From contig CBFDEM010000057.1 of assembly GCA_965603825.1 (NCBI GenBank), positions 1-64,000 on the forward strand: a stretch of 64,000 nucleotides of DNA, in the 5' to 3' direction. The stretch is from Blepharisma stoltei ATCC 30299. Lineage: Eukaryota; Protista; Ciliophora. How positions within the stretch are numbered: the stretch's first letter is position 1; each line of letters begins with the position of its first letter. The notes beneath the pieces were generated by a model, which had not been told where the DNA came from, searched no databases, and saw only the letters and a list, made by a program, of their open reading frames with translations. This document shows, one piece after another, positions 50,013-63,009 of the stretch. The position numbers were made by a program, and so were the translations under genes.

Positions 50013-50130
50013 TTTTCCTTTGAATAATTTTAATCAGATACAATTGGAATAATTAATTCCTTAACGAGAAAAACTTATTATGATTTGAAAAATAATTTTA
50101 TTTAAATTAGAAACTAAAATAATTTCGAAA

Positions 50131-52173
50131 ATGGAATTAGACCGTTCTCGCTCAATTTCTCCTTCCCAAAGCTCCAGTGACTCCCACAAAAAGCCTACCA
50201 TGAACCGACTAGGCTCAACTCCACTATTCAAAAAGCGAAATGCCCCATTTTCCCACGATCTCAACATCCCAGACAGTGCTTCAAAAGCATCGCGTAGGCC
50301 ATCAGCGCCTGGGATCCCTCGATCCAGAGAGCCAGAAACCCAAATAACTCCAGAAATAGCTGCAATGGTGGTCCGACAATACTTGCTACCTATGTTTGAA
50401 TCTGACAATGTCGGAAAAGGCAGAAACATGTTTTTCGGGCTCCCAGGGATGAGCGATATTAATAAACCTCTAGAAGTAATATCAGGCACTGTATACGGAG
50501 AACTAAAATTGGCTGACCAGCTGATGAATCAGCTGACACAGGCCCGAAAAGAAATGAACCAAATCGGCCAAAATTTAAAAGACGCCGAGCAAGAAAGGAA
50601 AAGTGTTTTAGCTGAGCTGGAAAATGTAAAAAAGCAATATTTATCAGTAATATCAGAAATAGAAACCTGTCAATACCAATTCCAAGAAACCCTCTGTGCC
50701 CAGCAGCAATCCGATTTGAAACTGTCGTTTATGAACAACCAGCTTTATGAATATAAGCAGCTTTACGCCTTAAACGACGCTGAAAATAAACAGTTTACTG
50801 TAGACCTCCACGAAGAAAAAGCTTTAAACGACAAGCGTAGAAATACAGCTGCAGAGCTGGAGCATGGAAACCAGCTTTTAAGAATGGAAAATGACATCAT
50901 GTCAGAAAGACTTGGCGGACTCTACCAAGAGCTAGACAAGCTTTCCCAACGACGGTTTATAGAAGACAAATTAGTAGAAGAAACCGACATTCTTGTCCAT
51001 TGTCTACGCAATCTTGCTGATTACTGCAATAATTTGTCACTCAGCTTGATTTCTGCGATGAATCAAAGAGATGAGCTTAAAATCCAGCACGCTGATATTG
51101 AAGCTTTAACTGAAGAAATCAAGACTTTAAGAGATAAATTAGTATCTAAAAGCAAAGAAGCCAGAAATAGCATAGAAAAAGAATATAATAGTGTCGTAGA
51201 GCAGAGAGAAGAATATAAGTCTAGGTTGTCGAAGCTAGAAAAAGCTTATAAAGATATGAGTGAAAGCTACGAAAAACTCCGCCAGAAGCTAAAACAGTGG
51301 AAACAAAGAGGCAAACAGTACGGTGAACAAGAAGAAAAAGTCTGCAGCAAGTGTCGGCAGACTTATACAGAAAAAGAAAATTATAATTGGTCGTGCAAAA
51401 CCCACAGTGGACAGTTTAATGGAGAAATGTATTGGTGTTGTGGGAGAAAAGGAAAAGAAGCCTTAGGCTGTCAGACCTCAAAGCATGTGTCAAAAGAAGA
51501 CGAAGACGAAGAAGCAGCCAAAGAGAAAGAAGACGACAAGTTTAAGCAAGGCACGGCTAAGTGTTCCAGCTGCAAAGAAATAGGTCACAGAGCCCACGAA
51601 TGTCCAAAAGACCCTAATATCAGAAGTGCCCTAGATGCAGTTGACGAAATTGATAGAATTGATGGGATAAAATCAAGGAAAAAAGCTAATGTGAATAATA
51701 TTGACGTAAACCAAAAATTGATGGGAATTCTTAATGCGAGGTTTGGGCAGATCGGGTTTGGAGACGATATGGCCTCGTCAGCAGGGACTGAAACTTTGAG
51801 AGGCATGGAAGAGGAAGAAGAAAATGCCGAAAATAATCAGCATGAGCACGACCCATTTAAAGATTTACATAGCATGAGAAATGAAGTCAGCTTCCAAACA
51901 GAACAAAATGCTGTAAAAATAGATGATATCCAGACAAGAGAAGAGACTGAAAATATAAGATCAGGCAAAAGAAGACAGACCACTGGGTTTAGTAACTCGA
52001 AAAATTTTAGTATAAACCCAAGAACGTCAGGGCAGCCGAGCCAAGATATGAGGAGCCCAAGCATTGACTCAGATTTCAAAATCCCTAATGTCCCTGGTGT
52101 GCCAAGCCAGGACTTAAGAAGTCCCAGCATTGATTCTGAATTCAAGCTGCCAAGCGAGCTAAAATTAGATTAA
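50131..52173 (+). CDS. Coiled-coil protein with Cys/His zinc motif and CCHC knuckle, 680 aa
   Basis: CSKC..NYNWSCKTHSG..YWCC..GCQTSKH, CSSCKEIGHRAHEC; duplicated PSQDxRSPSIDSxFK tail. Confidence 0.85.
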   Translation: MELDRSRSISPSQSSSDSHKKPTMNRLGSTPLFKKRNAPFSHDLNIPDSASKASRRPSAPGIPRSREPETQITPEIAAMVVRQYLLPMFESDNVGKGRNMFFGLPGMSDINKPLEVISGTVYGELKLADQLMNQLTQARKEMNQIGQNLKDAEQERKSVLAELENVKKQYLSVISEIETCQYQFQETLCAQQQSDLKLSFMNNQLYEYKQLYALNDAENKQFTVDLHEEKALNDKRRNTAAELEHGNQLLRMENDIMSERLGGLYQELDKLSQRRFIEDKLVEETDILVHCLRNLADYCNNLSLSLISAMNQRDELKIQHADIEALTEEIKTLRDKLVSKSKEARNSIEKEYNSVVEQREEYKSRLSKLEKAYKDMSESYEKLRQKLKQWKQRGKQYGEQEEKVCSKCRQTYTEKENYNWSCKTHSGQFNGEMYWCCGRKGKEALGCQTSKHVSKEDEDEEAAKEKEDDKFKQGTAKCSSCKEIGHRAHECPKDPNIRSALDAVDEIDRIDGIKSRKKANVNNIDVNQKLMGILNARFGQIGFGDDMASSAGTETLRGMEEEEENAENNQHEHDPFKDLHSMRNEVSFQTEQNAVKIDDIQTREETENIRSGKRRQTTGFSNSKNFSINPRTSGQPSQDMRSPSIDSDFKIPNVPGVPSQDLRSPSIDSEFKLPSELKLD

Positions 52174-52221
52174 ATTTTAATTATCATTGTGTAATAATAT
52201 AAAAAATCATTTTTTTATAGG

Positions 52222-53511
52222 ATGCTGAGGCAAATAGATGAAGAATTTTATGATGCATGCGAAAATATCAATGAGATGTCGAATTTATATATGACAATGC
52301 CTGTAATTATTCGTGAAAACACTAATGAATCGCCTATCGCTACAACTCAGACTTCAAGATGTGAGTCGCCTCCTTCTAGAAATAGCAGCCATATGAACCA
52401 TGTCGAAATTATATCAGCAGGTCTAAAAATCATAAATAGAAGCAAAACAATCTCAAATAAGCCAAAAGAGCTATACCAATTTAATAATATTCAATTAATC
52501 CAAGAAATTGATCTTGTTGATAAGCGTGAAAGTGGCACATGAGTTATCAAATTTTCTCCAGACCAAAAATCATTGGTGATTGGCGGACAAATAGGAGTGG
52601 TTTGCTTATATGATATAATGAATACCCAGCAAAAGCTCATCGAAGAAGCTCCTTCACGAATTTTTGCAGAGCATGAAGGGATGATCACAGATATTGATTT
52701 TAATGCTGAAGGAAATATTCTGACCTCCTCATTAGATGGCTCTGTTAAGTTATGATGAAAATGCCAGGAAAACTCGATTTATACGTTCAAGCATGCAACA
52801 GCGGTTAATGCTGTATGCTCTCATCCTTTATGTCGAAATGTGTTTGCTACTGCATCAAAAGACTCAATGATAAGGCAGTTTAGACTGCCTGAAAAGTATG
52901 CAGAAAGCTTATATAAAACTCCAAGAGAGGTGACTGCGCTGGCTTATTCTCCTGATGGGGAATATTTAGCTGCTGGACTTAAAAAAGGAGAGGTCATCAT
53001 ATATCAGTCATTGCCTGAGACATATAAGTTGAGGCTTAAATATACTTTAAAATGCAGGAATCGTTTTGGACTGAAGAGAGGAGGGAGAAGAGTCACTAAT
53101 TTAGAGTTCATGAACCATGATTATTTGCTTGTCACCACAAATGATTCAAGGATTCGATTATATAAATTTAAAGAAAATTTGCTTGTGCAAAAATACAAAG
53201 GAAACATTAATAGCAAATTTCCTATAAGAGCTAGTTTTTCTCCTCATAAAGCACATATTATATGTGGATCAGAAAAGGGAAGGTTTTTTATATGAAATAC
53301 ATTTAAGCAGACAGAAGGAGAAAAAATTGAGAAAAATACAGAATTTGAAAGCTTTGATGCAAGAGTCAATAAAGGTGGAGAGTTTTCTATTTTTGCTCCA
53401 GAAGGAGTAGTAGAGGCTGCTAAAGAATGATATAGAGAAGGAGAAGTGACTCATATGATTTTATCAGCAGGGTCAAACGATACATTACGAATATTTTTAA
53501 ATGTTGCTTAA
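52222..53511 (+). CDS. WD40-repeat protein (WDR44-like), 429 aa
   Basis: One frame with UGA=Trp, including TSSLDGSVKL-TGA-TGA; LLVTTNDSRIRLY and IICGSEKG. Confidence 0.88.
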
Positions 53512-53584
53512 ATTGTTATATACATAAATAATTCTTATCTATCCAGACTATTAAGTAAAATACATTTCTTGAAAATTAAATTTA

Positions 53585-54508
53585 TTACCTACTCTTAGCT
53601 AACACAAGGGCACATTTAGGGCACCTATGCATTCTTAGCTTATCAAGCCATTCAGGCACTCTACAGCATGAAGTAATTGTTGAAAAAACTTTTATTAAAG
53701 GCCGAGGGATTTTTGCATTGAAATCTAACGTTGTGTGCACAACTTCTTTACAAAAATGGCAATAAGCTGTGCATGGCATGTTTCCAAATATTGGTAAACT
53801 TCCTCTCATAAAAGATTTCTCAGGGAATTTTCCAGCTTCTGATGCTATAGAATCATATTTTTCTGTCTTTGCTGTACAAGCAGTAAAAGCTGTCGGAGCT
53901 TTTTTGTGAAAATTTGATTTTAATTCATCTGTCTGCTCTAATGAATCTATAAAGGTATTTTCTTTTTCTCTTGAAGGCTCTTCTCCATGTCCTAAATAAA
54001 TCACAGAGTCACAATCACTGAGATTTCTTCCATGGCATGATCCAGTACTTATTGGGCTTTGATTTTTTACAAATAATTTATTTTCATCAATTGCGGTAGC
54101 CTGTCCTGGGGCATTTGCAACTTGTTGAGTGATTTCTTTTAAAACTTGATCATCTGGAACTCCCATAAGGACACAAATGCTGCTGCTTCTTCTGTGTGAA
54201 TTTTTTCGGCTATGATTTGGAGGAGGCTGTGGAGAGGTTTCTTCAGCATAATTCAGAAATTTTCCAGATTTAAAGTCAATAAGGCCTTCTTGAACAATCA
54301 AGTTTTCATCAATAATTTTATCTGCCAATATTTCATCAAGAGCTTGGGATTGACGGATATTGGTATATCGTCTTTGGGATGCTCTTGATTGGGTTTTCTT
54401 ATGCTCTGACGAAAAAATGCATTCATTTTGAGTTCTTTGAACTGTTTGTGGTGCCTCTTTGATAAGATCAGCAAGATCTTTTTCTGGAGTGGAAAAATCT
54501 GTAGTCAT
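53585..54508 (-). CDS. LITAF-like zinc-ribbon protein
   Basis: C-terminal FGNMPCTAYCHFC..HRCPKC. Confidence 0.85.
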   Translation of the reverse strand: MTTDFSTPEKDLADLIKEAPQTVQRTQNECIFSSEHKKTQSRASQRRYTNIRQSQALDEILADKIIDENLIVQEGLIDFKSGKFLNYAEETSPQPPPNHSRKNSHRRSSSICVLMGVPDDQVLKEITQQVANAPGQATAIDENKLFVKNQSPISTGSCHGRNLSDCDSVIYLGHGEEPSREKENTFIDSLEQTDELKSNFHKKAPTAFTACTAKTEKYDSIASEAGKFPEKSFMRGSLPIFGNMPCTAYCHFCKEVVHTTLDFNAKIPRPLIKVFSTITSCCRVPEWLDKLRMHRCPKCALVLAKSR

Positions 54509-54749
54509 GTTCAGTTGATTTTTTAAATATGAAAGTGTATTGAAGAGTCAAATTAAAAAAATATTAGAAAAATAAAGAATATAATTTATTTTGATGTATT
54601 AATAGTCAATTTATGCTTAAAACTGCTAAAAATCGTAAAAAATTCTGAAATTATACCAGAGTTCAAATCTAAAGAAAAAATCATTTAAAAATAAATATTG
54701 TCATGATTAGGTTGCAAATGCAGTTTAGATAGAATTAATTTATATAAAT

Positions 54750-55547
54750 TTAATAGGTTATATAATTTCCTTCTATATTATCCAAAGGTATGAAAGGCTG
54801 ATTTTTTTCTGGAGTCTGTGTTGATTTGTAAATGAATTTAGCTTTTTTATAAGTTTCATTAAAAATTTCAACTGATTTTTTCATAAGAAACCCTGTCATA
54901 GGTTTAATTTTTACATTATTCTTTGCTATACTTTTTGGGTATCTAAATGTCTCATGATAAGGGAAATAATGCAAATCTCTTATAAGCATTTCTTCTTCAA
55001 TGTGTGGCTTTTCTTCATTAATAATTTTTTGAAAATTATTAGTAAGTCCAATATTGGGAATTTTCTTGATGTTTCTAACTAGTGCCAAAACTTTAGGCTC
55101 TTTTATCATTTTGTCAGCTGAAAACATCAAGCCTAGCGCTTCATGGCTGATTTTGTGGCTTTCGTCATTTAACATTCTGTCTTTCATAACGAACTGCACA
55201 ACCCTTTTCATTACGCTCAAAGCGATTTCTTTTGTATCAGGAGAATCCAATACTTTCAAAGTCAAATCCTTGATAGAACTTTCCATTATTTCTGTGCCCA
55301 TAACTTCATTAAAGAACAAAATCAATTCCTCTTTGGTTTCAGGATCATCAAGCATCCTCTGAAGAAGGTCTTTAAAAAGATTTTCTACCTCCTCTTTGAC
55401 TTCTGGATGATCCATACAATCACGGGTCGATTTAATTAATCTCTTAGTTACGATATCCTGGATGATTGCAATAGAATAGACTGAAGTACCAAATAGGATT
55501 GTGCTTGGTAAATAAGTCCTAAATACCTCAGTAAAGAACTTTGACAT
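54750..55547 (-). CDS. Hypothetical helical protein with N-terminal TM segment
   Basis: 265-aa ORF with amphipathic repeats LDDPETKE/LDSPDTKE. Confidence 0.75.
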   Translation of the reverse strand: MSKFFTEVFRTYLPSTILFGTSVYSIAIIQDIVTKRLIKSTRDCMDHPEVKEEVENLFKDLLQRMLDDPETKEELILFFNEVMGTEIMESSIKDLTLKVLDSPDTKEIALSVMKRVVQFVMKDRMLNDESHKISHEALGLMFSADKMIKEPKVLALVRNIKKIPNIGLTNNFQKIINEEKPHIEEEMLIRDLHYFPYHETFRYPKSIAKNNVKIKPMTGFLMKKSVEIFNETYKKAKFIYKSTQTPEKNQPFIPLDNIEGNYITY

Positions 55548-56044
55548 TTAGAATTTACAAAAAAATAATAAACTGGAAGCACATATTATAACTGATCAGG
55601 GATGATGTCATAAATATTAATGGGATTTATCAAAAATTACTGGATTTTAGAGTGGATAGTAGGATTATTAATAGCAAGGATTGCTTAGGAAAGTGTAGAG
55701 TGTCAAATTAATTATTATTTAAGTTATCACAGCTTCCAAATGACCTGCAGTTCTTCAGCTCTGGAAAATCGATGAGGTCTGCTCTTGATTTCAGGTTTGA
55801 TACTCTCTGGTTTTTGAATTTTCTCTGATTGAATTCCCATTATCTCTCGAAGGAGTGTCGGATTGAATCCGACTAAGCTTTGTATATTTTCTAAGAGAGT
55901 CTGCTTTCATATTCATGCTACATTTAATTGAATTTGCAATTTTTATTACTCATTAAAATTTGATTAAAATATACACTTTATGTTAAAATTAATTTAAGTG
56001 TGGGCAATTTTAGCATTTCATTATCTACAGCTTCTCTTCCTCAA

Positions 56045-59000
56045 CTCATTTCCTACCAGAGCTTGAAGAAAACAAATTTTTAGAATTGTCAGTGAAATTT
56101 TATTTGTCTAAATTTCTCAAAGACTGCAACCAAAACAAGAAAAAAGAGCTCTTTTCAGCATTCTGCATCTCAGTTAACCAAAAATTTTCCCCAGAATCAA
56201 TCCTAAGATGTCATAGATTGCCTTCAGGAGATGCTATCCTGATTCCTAAAGAAAAATCGATACAACAAGATTTACTGAATCAAATCACATATGAATTAAA
56301 ATACAAAGGAAGAAACATCATGACACCAACCGGAATCTTATGACTAGGTGGTGAAATCAACTACAATAGGTATCGGATTAATTTTGCATTACCTCCTGGA
56401 ATATCGATTGAGGAAACAATTAACTCATTGAAGCAAATCTGCAATATAAAAGAAATAATTATGAATAACACAATCAAAATGAAGGCAAGTTTCACAGTCT
56501 TAATTTTATACCAGAAGCAAAATACACAATATATGCTGAATTTAATTCACTAGAGGAAGCATTAGATCTCACAGATATATTGAAGATAGGAAATAATTCA
56601 ATATGATTAAATCACGCAGGAACAATGCAATGCAACACTTGTAACGAAATCGGACACCTTGAATCAAACCTCGATAAAATTATTGAAATCAGAGAAAAAA
56701 GAAAAAGAATTAAGCAATCTAAGAAAATCAAGAAAGGTTCAAGAAATTTAAATTTAATCGATCAAAAATACTTAGTATCTGATAATAAACATGAAAAAAA
56801 CTTAAAAACACGCAAGATCTCAACAATTAAGCCACCCAAAAAAAGCATTCATCCTCCTGTTAAAAATCAGAATAATGAACCAGTTAATGCCTACAACTAT
56901 GATATCAAGACATATATTCCTCTAAAGAAGAGCATCATAAAGCCGATAGAAATCATAGGAAGAACTATTCTAAAAGAAAACCACAAAAATACAATCAAAA
57001 AAATTTTTATAATTAAATTGAAAGTTTATTAATGAATCTTCGCAATCCTATAATGAAACTGCTTCCAAATCTCCAAAACTTTCTCCATCATCAGAAATAA
57101 ATTCATCCACTTTGATGACAGATTTTTCTGAAATAAACATTTCTAAAATCGAAAACCCATTCTTACATAAAAAAGAAAAGAAAGAAAAACTGATAGTTGA
57201 ACCCTTGATTTCAATTTATAACACCCAAAATAAGAAAAAGTTTGGAAATCTTTTCATCAATAAAGATGAAAAAGAAATTTACAAAAATAAAAAGATACAA
57301 ATACTAGAGAGCAAAATGTTCCAAGATATGATTAAACCTCTGTGCACAATTCTCTTTATTGAAGCATCTGATAATTTCACAGATCGAAAAAATGATTGAA
57401 AATAACCCATTCTCCCTTAAGAAAAAATAATGTCCTACCCGTGCAAGTTGAAGAGGAAATTATAATTCTAAATCCAAGAAGATTGTGCGAAAAAATATTA
57501 AGAAAAAATTTTGGATTCATCAACATTTCAGGCATTGGAAAAGACAATCTATCACGAAGACAATTAAGAAATGTTATGATCGAAAACGATTTTACTATCT
57601 TAGGAATAGCAGAAACTTGATTAAAAGATAAAGTTTATATTGATGGTTTTGTGTGAATAGGTAATAATGGACCTATAGTAGGCTACAGAGGATCAGGTGG
57701 AACTGGCTTATTAATTCATAATTCACTGGCAAATGAAATAACTTGAATTGAAACTAATAACCATAGAATAACTGCAGCAAAGATAGATGATTTTTTGATA
57801 ATATGCATATATGCTCCAGACTTGCAAATCACGAAAATGAAAAATCAATTAACGAATATAAATGAAACTTCTATATCAACTTTCAGAGGAAATAATAGAC
57901 ACACTATTATCGATTATATTATTTCAGAAACCCTATCAAAGATTAAATACATAGAAGTCCCACAATTAAACACCAATCACGTATTATTACTATCTCATGT
58001 AAAAAGTGTCCAGATAATACCAAAGCAAATATCTGTGATTCCATGATATAAATTAGAAGGCAAGGAATTAGAAGCGTTCCAACACAGAATCTGAATCAAT
58101 TTCCAGAATAAAGGAATCTACAAAACTCTTGATCCTTTAGCAATATTTAATAACATCAAATCAACAATTGATGAAGAATCAAAATAACTACTAAAACATT
58201 TAAAACCAGATCATTTTAGAACCCCAGAAATGAAAATTTTATTAAATAGAATAAATGACTCGAGGAAATGAATAAAATTTTGCTGAACACAAAATAATAG
58301 AGAACTTGCTAACAAACTACAAAAGGTAAAAAAGACATGAATAAATAAACTAAAAAGACTATCTAACTATGAAAAAATCAGTGAAAGCAGATTGAAAGAA
58401 TGTATGCAAGATCCATATGGAGCCTGAAACAAAATAAAACATCAGATGAATAAAAACAGAATCGTATTATCATTAAACAAAGAAGAAATTAAAGCTTGAG
58501 CAACAGAATTTGAAAATCAATTTAAAAGTAAAATAGAATTCATACCACAAAAGGGATGCTCAAAAGAAGAACTATGAGATTTCCAAGATATCCAGAAAAT
58601 CATTAAAAAATTACCAAACAAAAAAGCTCCTGGATCAGACAATATAAGAAATGAGATAATAAAGAAAGGTGGAGATATAATGACAGAAACAATTGCACAT
58701 TTCCTTAATAGTTGCAAATTAAATGGAATCCCAAATAAAGCCATTGAAGCAAAAACAATCCTTATATAAAAAGGAAAAGGTAATGCGAAGGAACTTAATA
58801 GCTATAGACCCATAACCTTAATGAATAATTTTATGAAGATTCTTGACAAAGTAGAACTAAAAAGAATTGAAAATACGGTTAAGATCTCAGAAAGACAACA
58901 TGGATTCACAAAAGGAAAGTCATGCATGACTCAGATTTTTCTCTTAAAATCTACACTGGAATATCGTAAATATTACAGGAATGGAAAAGGTAGAGACTCA

Positions 59001-61337
59001 TATATATTATTTATTGATTTCTCAAAAGCTTATGACTCAGTTAATAGAATTAGACTATTAGAGAAATTTAAAGCAAAAAATGTAAAAAATGATAGCTGAA
59101 AAATAATCTCACAAATGCTAAAAGGTGAACAAACTACACTTGTCTAAATGAGATTGAAACAGAAAAATAAACATAACAAGAGGTGTGAGACAAGGAAGTG
59201 CAATATCACCATTGCTACTTAATATATATATAGATGATATAGAAAAGGAAAATAATGATATCAATATAGAACTCCTCCCCAATCACCAATTAAAATCAAA
59301 AATCAATTTTCAATATGAGGATGATACAGCTTTTGTAATAGAAGATTGAAAAGACATTGAAAACATTTTAAATAAACTTGATAAATGATCAAAAGATAAT
59401 GATATGAACTTGAATATAGGACCGGAAAAAACAGCAATAATGCCAATCATAACAAAAAATAGGAAAAATATTATAAGTAAACTACCTAAAATATCATACC
59501 AAAATCATGAAATACCAGTTGTTGAAAAATATAAATATTTAGGCAAAATAATGAATGGAAATATAAGAGGTTCAGGATTCGACCAAGCGCATTATAAATA
59601 CCTCAAAGATAAAGCAAAAATATCTACTTGCTCTCTAATCCCTATGATTAGAAGAATGCTTAACATCCCAAGTAAAACTCTTATAAACTGCTTCAAAGCA
59701 ATATTCTTACCAAGATGCACACATGGTCTTGAAATATGCTCAAGAATTAAATGCAAAACTGCAATTAAACAAATTCAAAGATCATTCAATAAGATTATAA
59801 GAGAATGTTGCCATGTTTATGACAAAACACCTATTGAACCCATATTACTTGATTTAAATATTCCAACAGTACAACAATATACTGACCAAAAATCATTGAT
59901 ATTTTTACAAAAAATTTGTGAATTAACACATATATCTGAGATTGCAATCCATTTCCTAAGAAATTTCGATAATGCAATTACACCGACAATGAAAATCTAC
60001 CAAGAAATGCTTCAAAAATATAATTTTACAAAACCATTCGATTTTAATAACAACATGATTAGTTGAAATGACAAAAATTGAAAGGGAAATGTCAAAGATA
60101 AACTTAGAATCTATTGAAGAAACGAAAACATGAGCATAATCAATAAAAAAGTAACATTAAAGATGCTTAAAGAATTAAGGAATCAAACTTTACCACGAAT
60201 AAACTCCCAAAATTCTGAATACTGAATAAAAACCTAATTACTGAAACAAGAATAAAGGCTACTTGAAGATATGGTGCTGGTCCATCTAAAGTATTAGTTC
60301 TATTGAGAAACAGAAATAATCAAGATAACACTTAGAATTTATGTGAATTATGTAAAGTCAAGGAAACAGATAAACATATTCTTAACGAATGCATAAAATA
60401 TAAAAATGAAAGAATCAAATTTATACAAAGATTACAAGATATGATAGGCAGACATATTAGCAATACAAGCATATACAATTGACTTATTGCAGATGTTACA
60501 GAATTAAAATTTTTAGAAGAATTAGGTGAAGAAAAATGAGAAAAGATTGACTTTTTAACAAAGATCACACTAAGAAGTATTGATGATAAATTACGAACTA
60601 GCAGAGAAAACAGCAAACACAAGCATTTCTTTGAAGTCCAAAATATTGAAGATGACCTCAAAAAAGAAAACATATCTATTCATGATTTAAATTATTGAAG
60701 ACTCGTTAAAAGTGTAAGGCGTTTGAAATAGTACGCCAATAATTAATTTAATCCTAATCAATGAATCTTCTAAAAATTTTAGAATCACATAAGCAAAAGT
60801 AACTTTGAAAAAATTTATAAAATACAAAGAAAACCAAATCAGAATAGGTGAAAAAGTACAATTTTGGAAGTTAAATACTAATCTAACAAGAGAAACTAGA
60901 ATAAAGGCAGCATGAAGATATGGCTCAGGGCCATCAAAGAGCTTAGTAGTTTTAAGAAAGAAAAAAATCAAAAAATGGCATTTGTGAAGAATGCAAAACA
61001 AAAGAAACAGAAACTCACACAATTAATGAATGCAGAAAGTCCAACCGAGAAAAATTTAATGTTATGAATAGATTAAAGGATCAGATTGGAGAAACAGCCA
61101 ATCAAAAATCCCCTTACGAATGGATGATTGGCGACGTCTCAGAATTAGGAATGATGAAAATTTTGGAAAAATATTGAATTTGTTACAAAACTTAATTTAA
61201 GAATTTTTAATGATAAATTAAGAAGAAATAGACCAAATAGCAGACATGATGAATATTCTCAAGTTGATGGCATCAAGATCAACTTAAAAAAATTTGAAAT
61301 TTTAATTGAAGAATTTAAAAGATTAAAAGAAATTTAA
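56045..61337 (+). mobile_element. Decayed non-LTR retrotransposon (ORF1/Gag-like, APE, RT, duplicated CCHC C-terminal domain)
   Basis: CNTCNEIGH knuckle; APE motifs ILGIAETW, GGTGLLI, IICIYAP, TIIDYI; RT motifs KAPGSD, SYRPITLMN, QHGF, FIDFSKAYDSV, GVRQGSAISP, YEDD, YKYLG. Lesions: stop at 58767, frameshifts, missing GDFN segment. Confidence 0.95.
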
Positions 61338-61947
61338 ATTAGGACTTGCCCCTGAAATAATGGGCAAATCATTGTGGAATTTCCAGAATATTTCTCTTGA
61401 AAATTAGAGCAATCCATACAAGATATTGCCTCAATAAAATCAACTATTGCTGAAGTCTTAGAAGATATATCATTTAAAATTATAGCACAGCTGATAATTC
61501 TAAAAGGATTGTGTTTATGAAAGAAGTGCTATACTTTTCGGAAAGAATCCAATAAAATGAGCAAGCGAGAGAAAATTTACTAGAGTGCTCTCATCGGGTT
61601 TATGCAGATATTATTTTAGTCAATAACTTTTTGCAAAGAGTTTTTAAGCCCATTGAAGAGCAAAAAATTGAGGATGATATGGCACTAAAAAAGCAAATTT
61701 ATGACCAGTTTGGCAGAATCTCCATATATCAGATCTTGAAGCGGATGCAATCTCTCAAAACATTTTATTGCATATTTTTGATTATTTATTATAGCTACTG
61801 ACTGGGCTTCATCGTTTATGACAAGTTACAGCTAAATAAATGCTTCATTGCGGGTAATTTCTGATTTAATCCTTAAACTCATAAATATCGTTTAGTTAGA
61901 AAATTAATAAAAATCTAAATAAAATGCAATATTAAAGTTAAAGAATA

Positions 61948-63009
61948 ATGGAAGAAACTGTCCCTGAGGGAAAAACAAAATTTACTGCCGGAGATTCTAC
62001 ATTTATAATTGATAATCGCTATGAATTCCTCAAATATATGGGCAGAAATGCATGAGGATTTGCTATTTCTGCAATGGATCATAAAATAAATACAAGAGTT
62101 CTAATCCATAAGATATCAAGAGAAGATAGTCTAAATAAAGCAAAAAATATTCTTCGAGAAATAAAGTTGTTGAACTTCTTCGACCATGAAGATATAATTA
62201 AGCTGTATAACATAGAGTTATACCCTGACACAAGAAATTACAATGAAATATATATGGTGACTGATTTCATGGAGGCAGATTTGAGCCAATTAATCTATTC
62301 TGAAGTAGAATTAACTAATGAGCATGTTCAATGTATTATGTATCAGCTCTTAAGAGGTGTATTATATATGCATTCTGCTGATATATTCAATTTGGACTTA
62401 AATCCACATAATGTATGGCTAGATAGCAGCTGCGATTTAAAGATATGTGGGTTAAAACTTGCAAAAGATTGCAGAAAAGTGGTAAAAATAGATGAATGAA
62501 TCTGTCCAATATGATATAGATCTCCAGAATTAATTCTGGGTTGCCCTGCATTAACAAAAAATGTTGATATATGAAGCTGTGGATGCATTTTTGCAGAACT
62601 TCTTGGCAGATCACCATTGTTTCCTAGTAGTGACTCTGTAGATATTCTACAACGTATAACTCAGCTATTAGGTAGTATTGCTCCAGATGATATCTTTTTT
62701 ATTACTAACACTGCTGCTGAAGCATATATTGCTAATCTTCCAGATCAACAAAAAGCAAGCTGATCTAGTTTGTATCCTAATGCAGATCCACTTGCGTTAG
62801 ATTTGCTTGATAAAATGATAGTAATTAATCCTGAAAAAAGATGGGCTGCTTCCCATTGCTTAGAGCACCCTTATTTTAAAGATCTGCATGACATAGAAGA
62901 TGAGCCTCTTGCAGGTGAGAGTTTTAATTGGGATTTTGAAAATTGTGAATTATCAATAGACTCAGTTAAAAATTTGGTGTATGAAGAAGCTTCAAAGTTC
63001 CATCATTAA
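61948..63009 (+). CDS. MAPK-family pseudokinase, 353 aa (UGA=Trp)
   Basis: Open from ATG 61948; paralog of 4432-5502. VAIK is VLIH, HRD is NLD, DFG is GLK, TEY is DEW. Confidence 0.9.

Noticed and set aside
55857-55873. Perfect 8-bp hairpin GTCGGATT-G-AATCCGAC
   Set aside because: Isolated, 1-nt loop, and not conserved in the duplicate at 63.4 kb.
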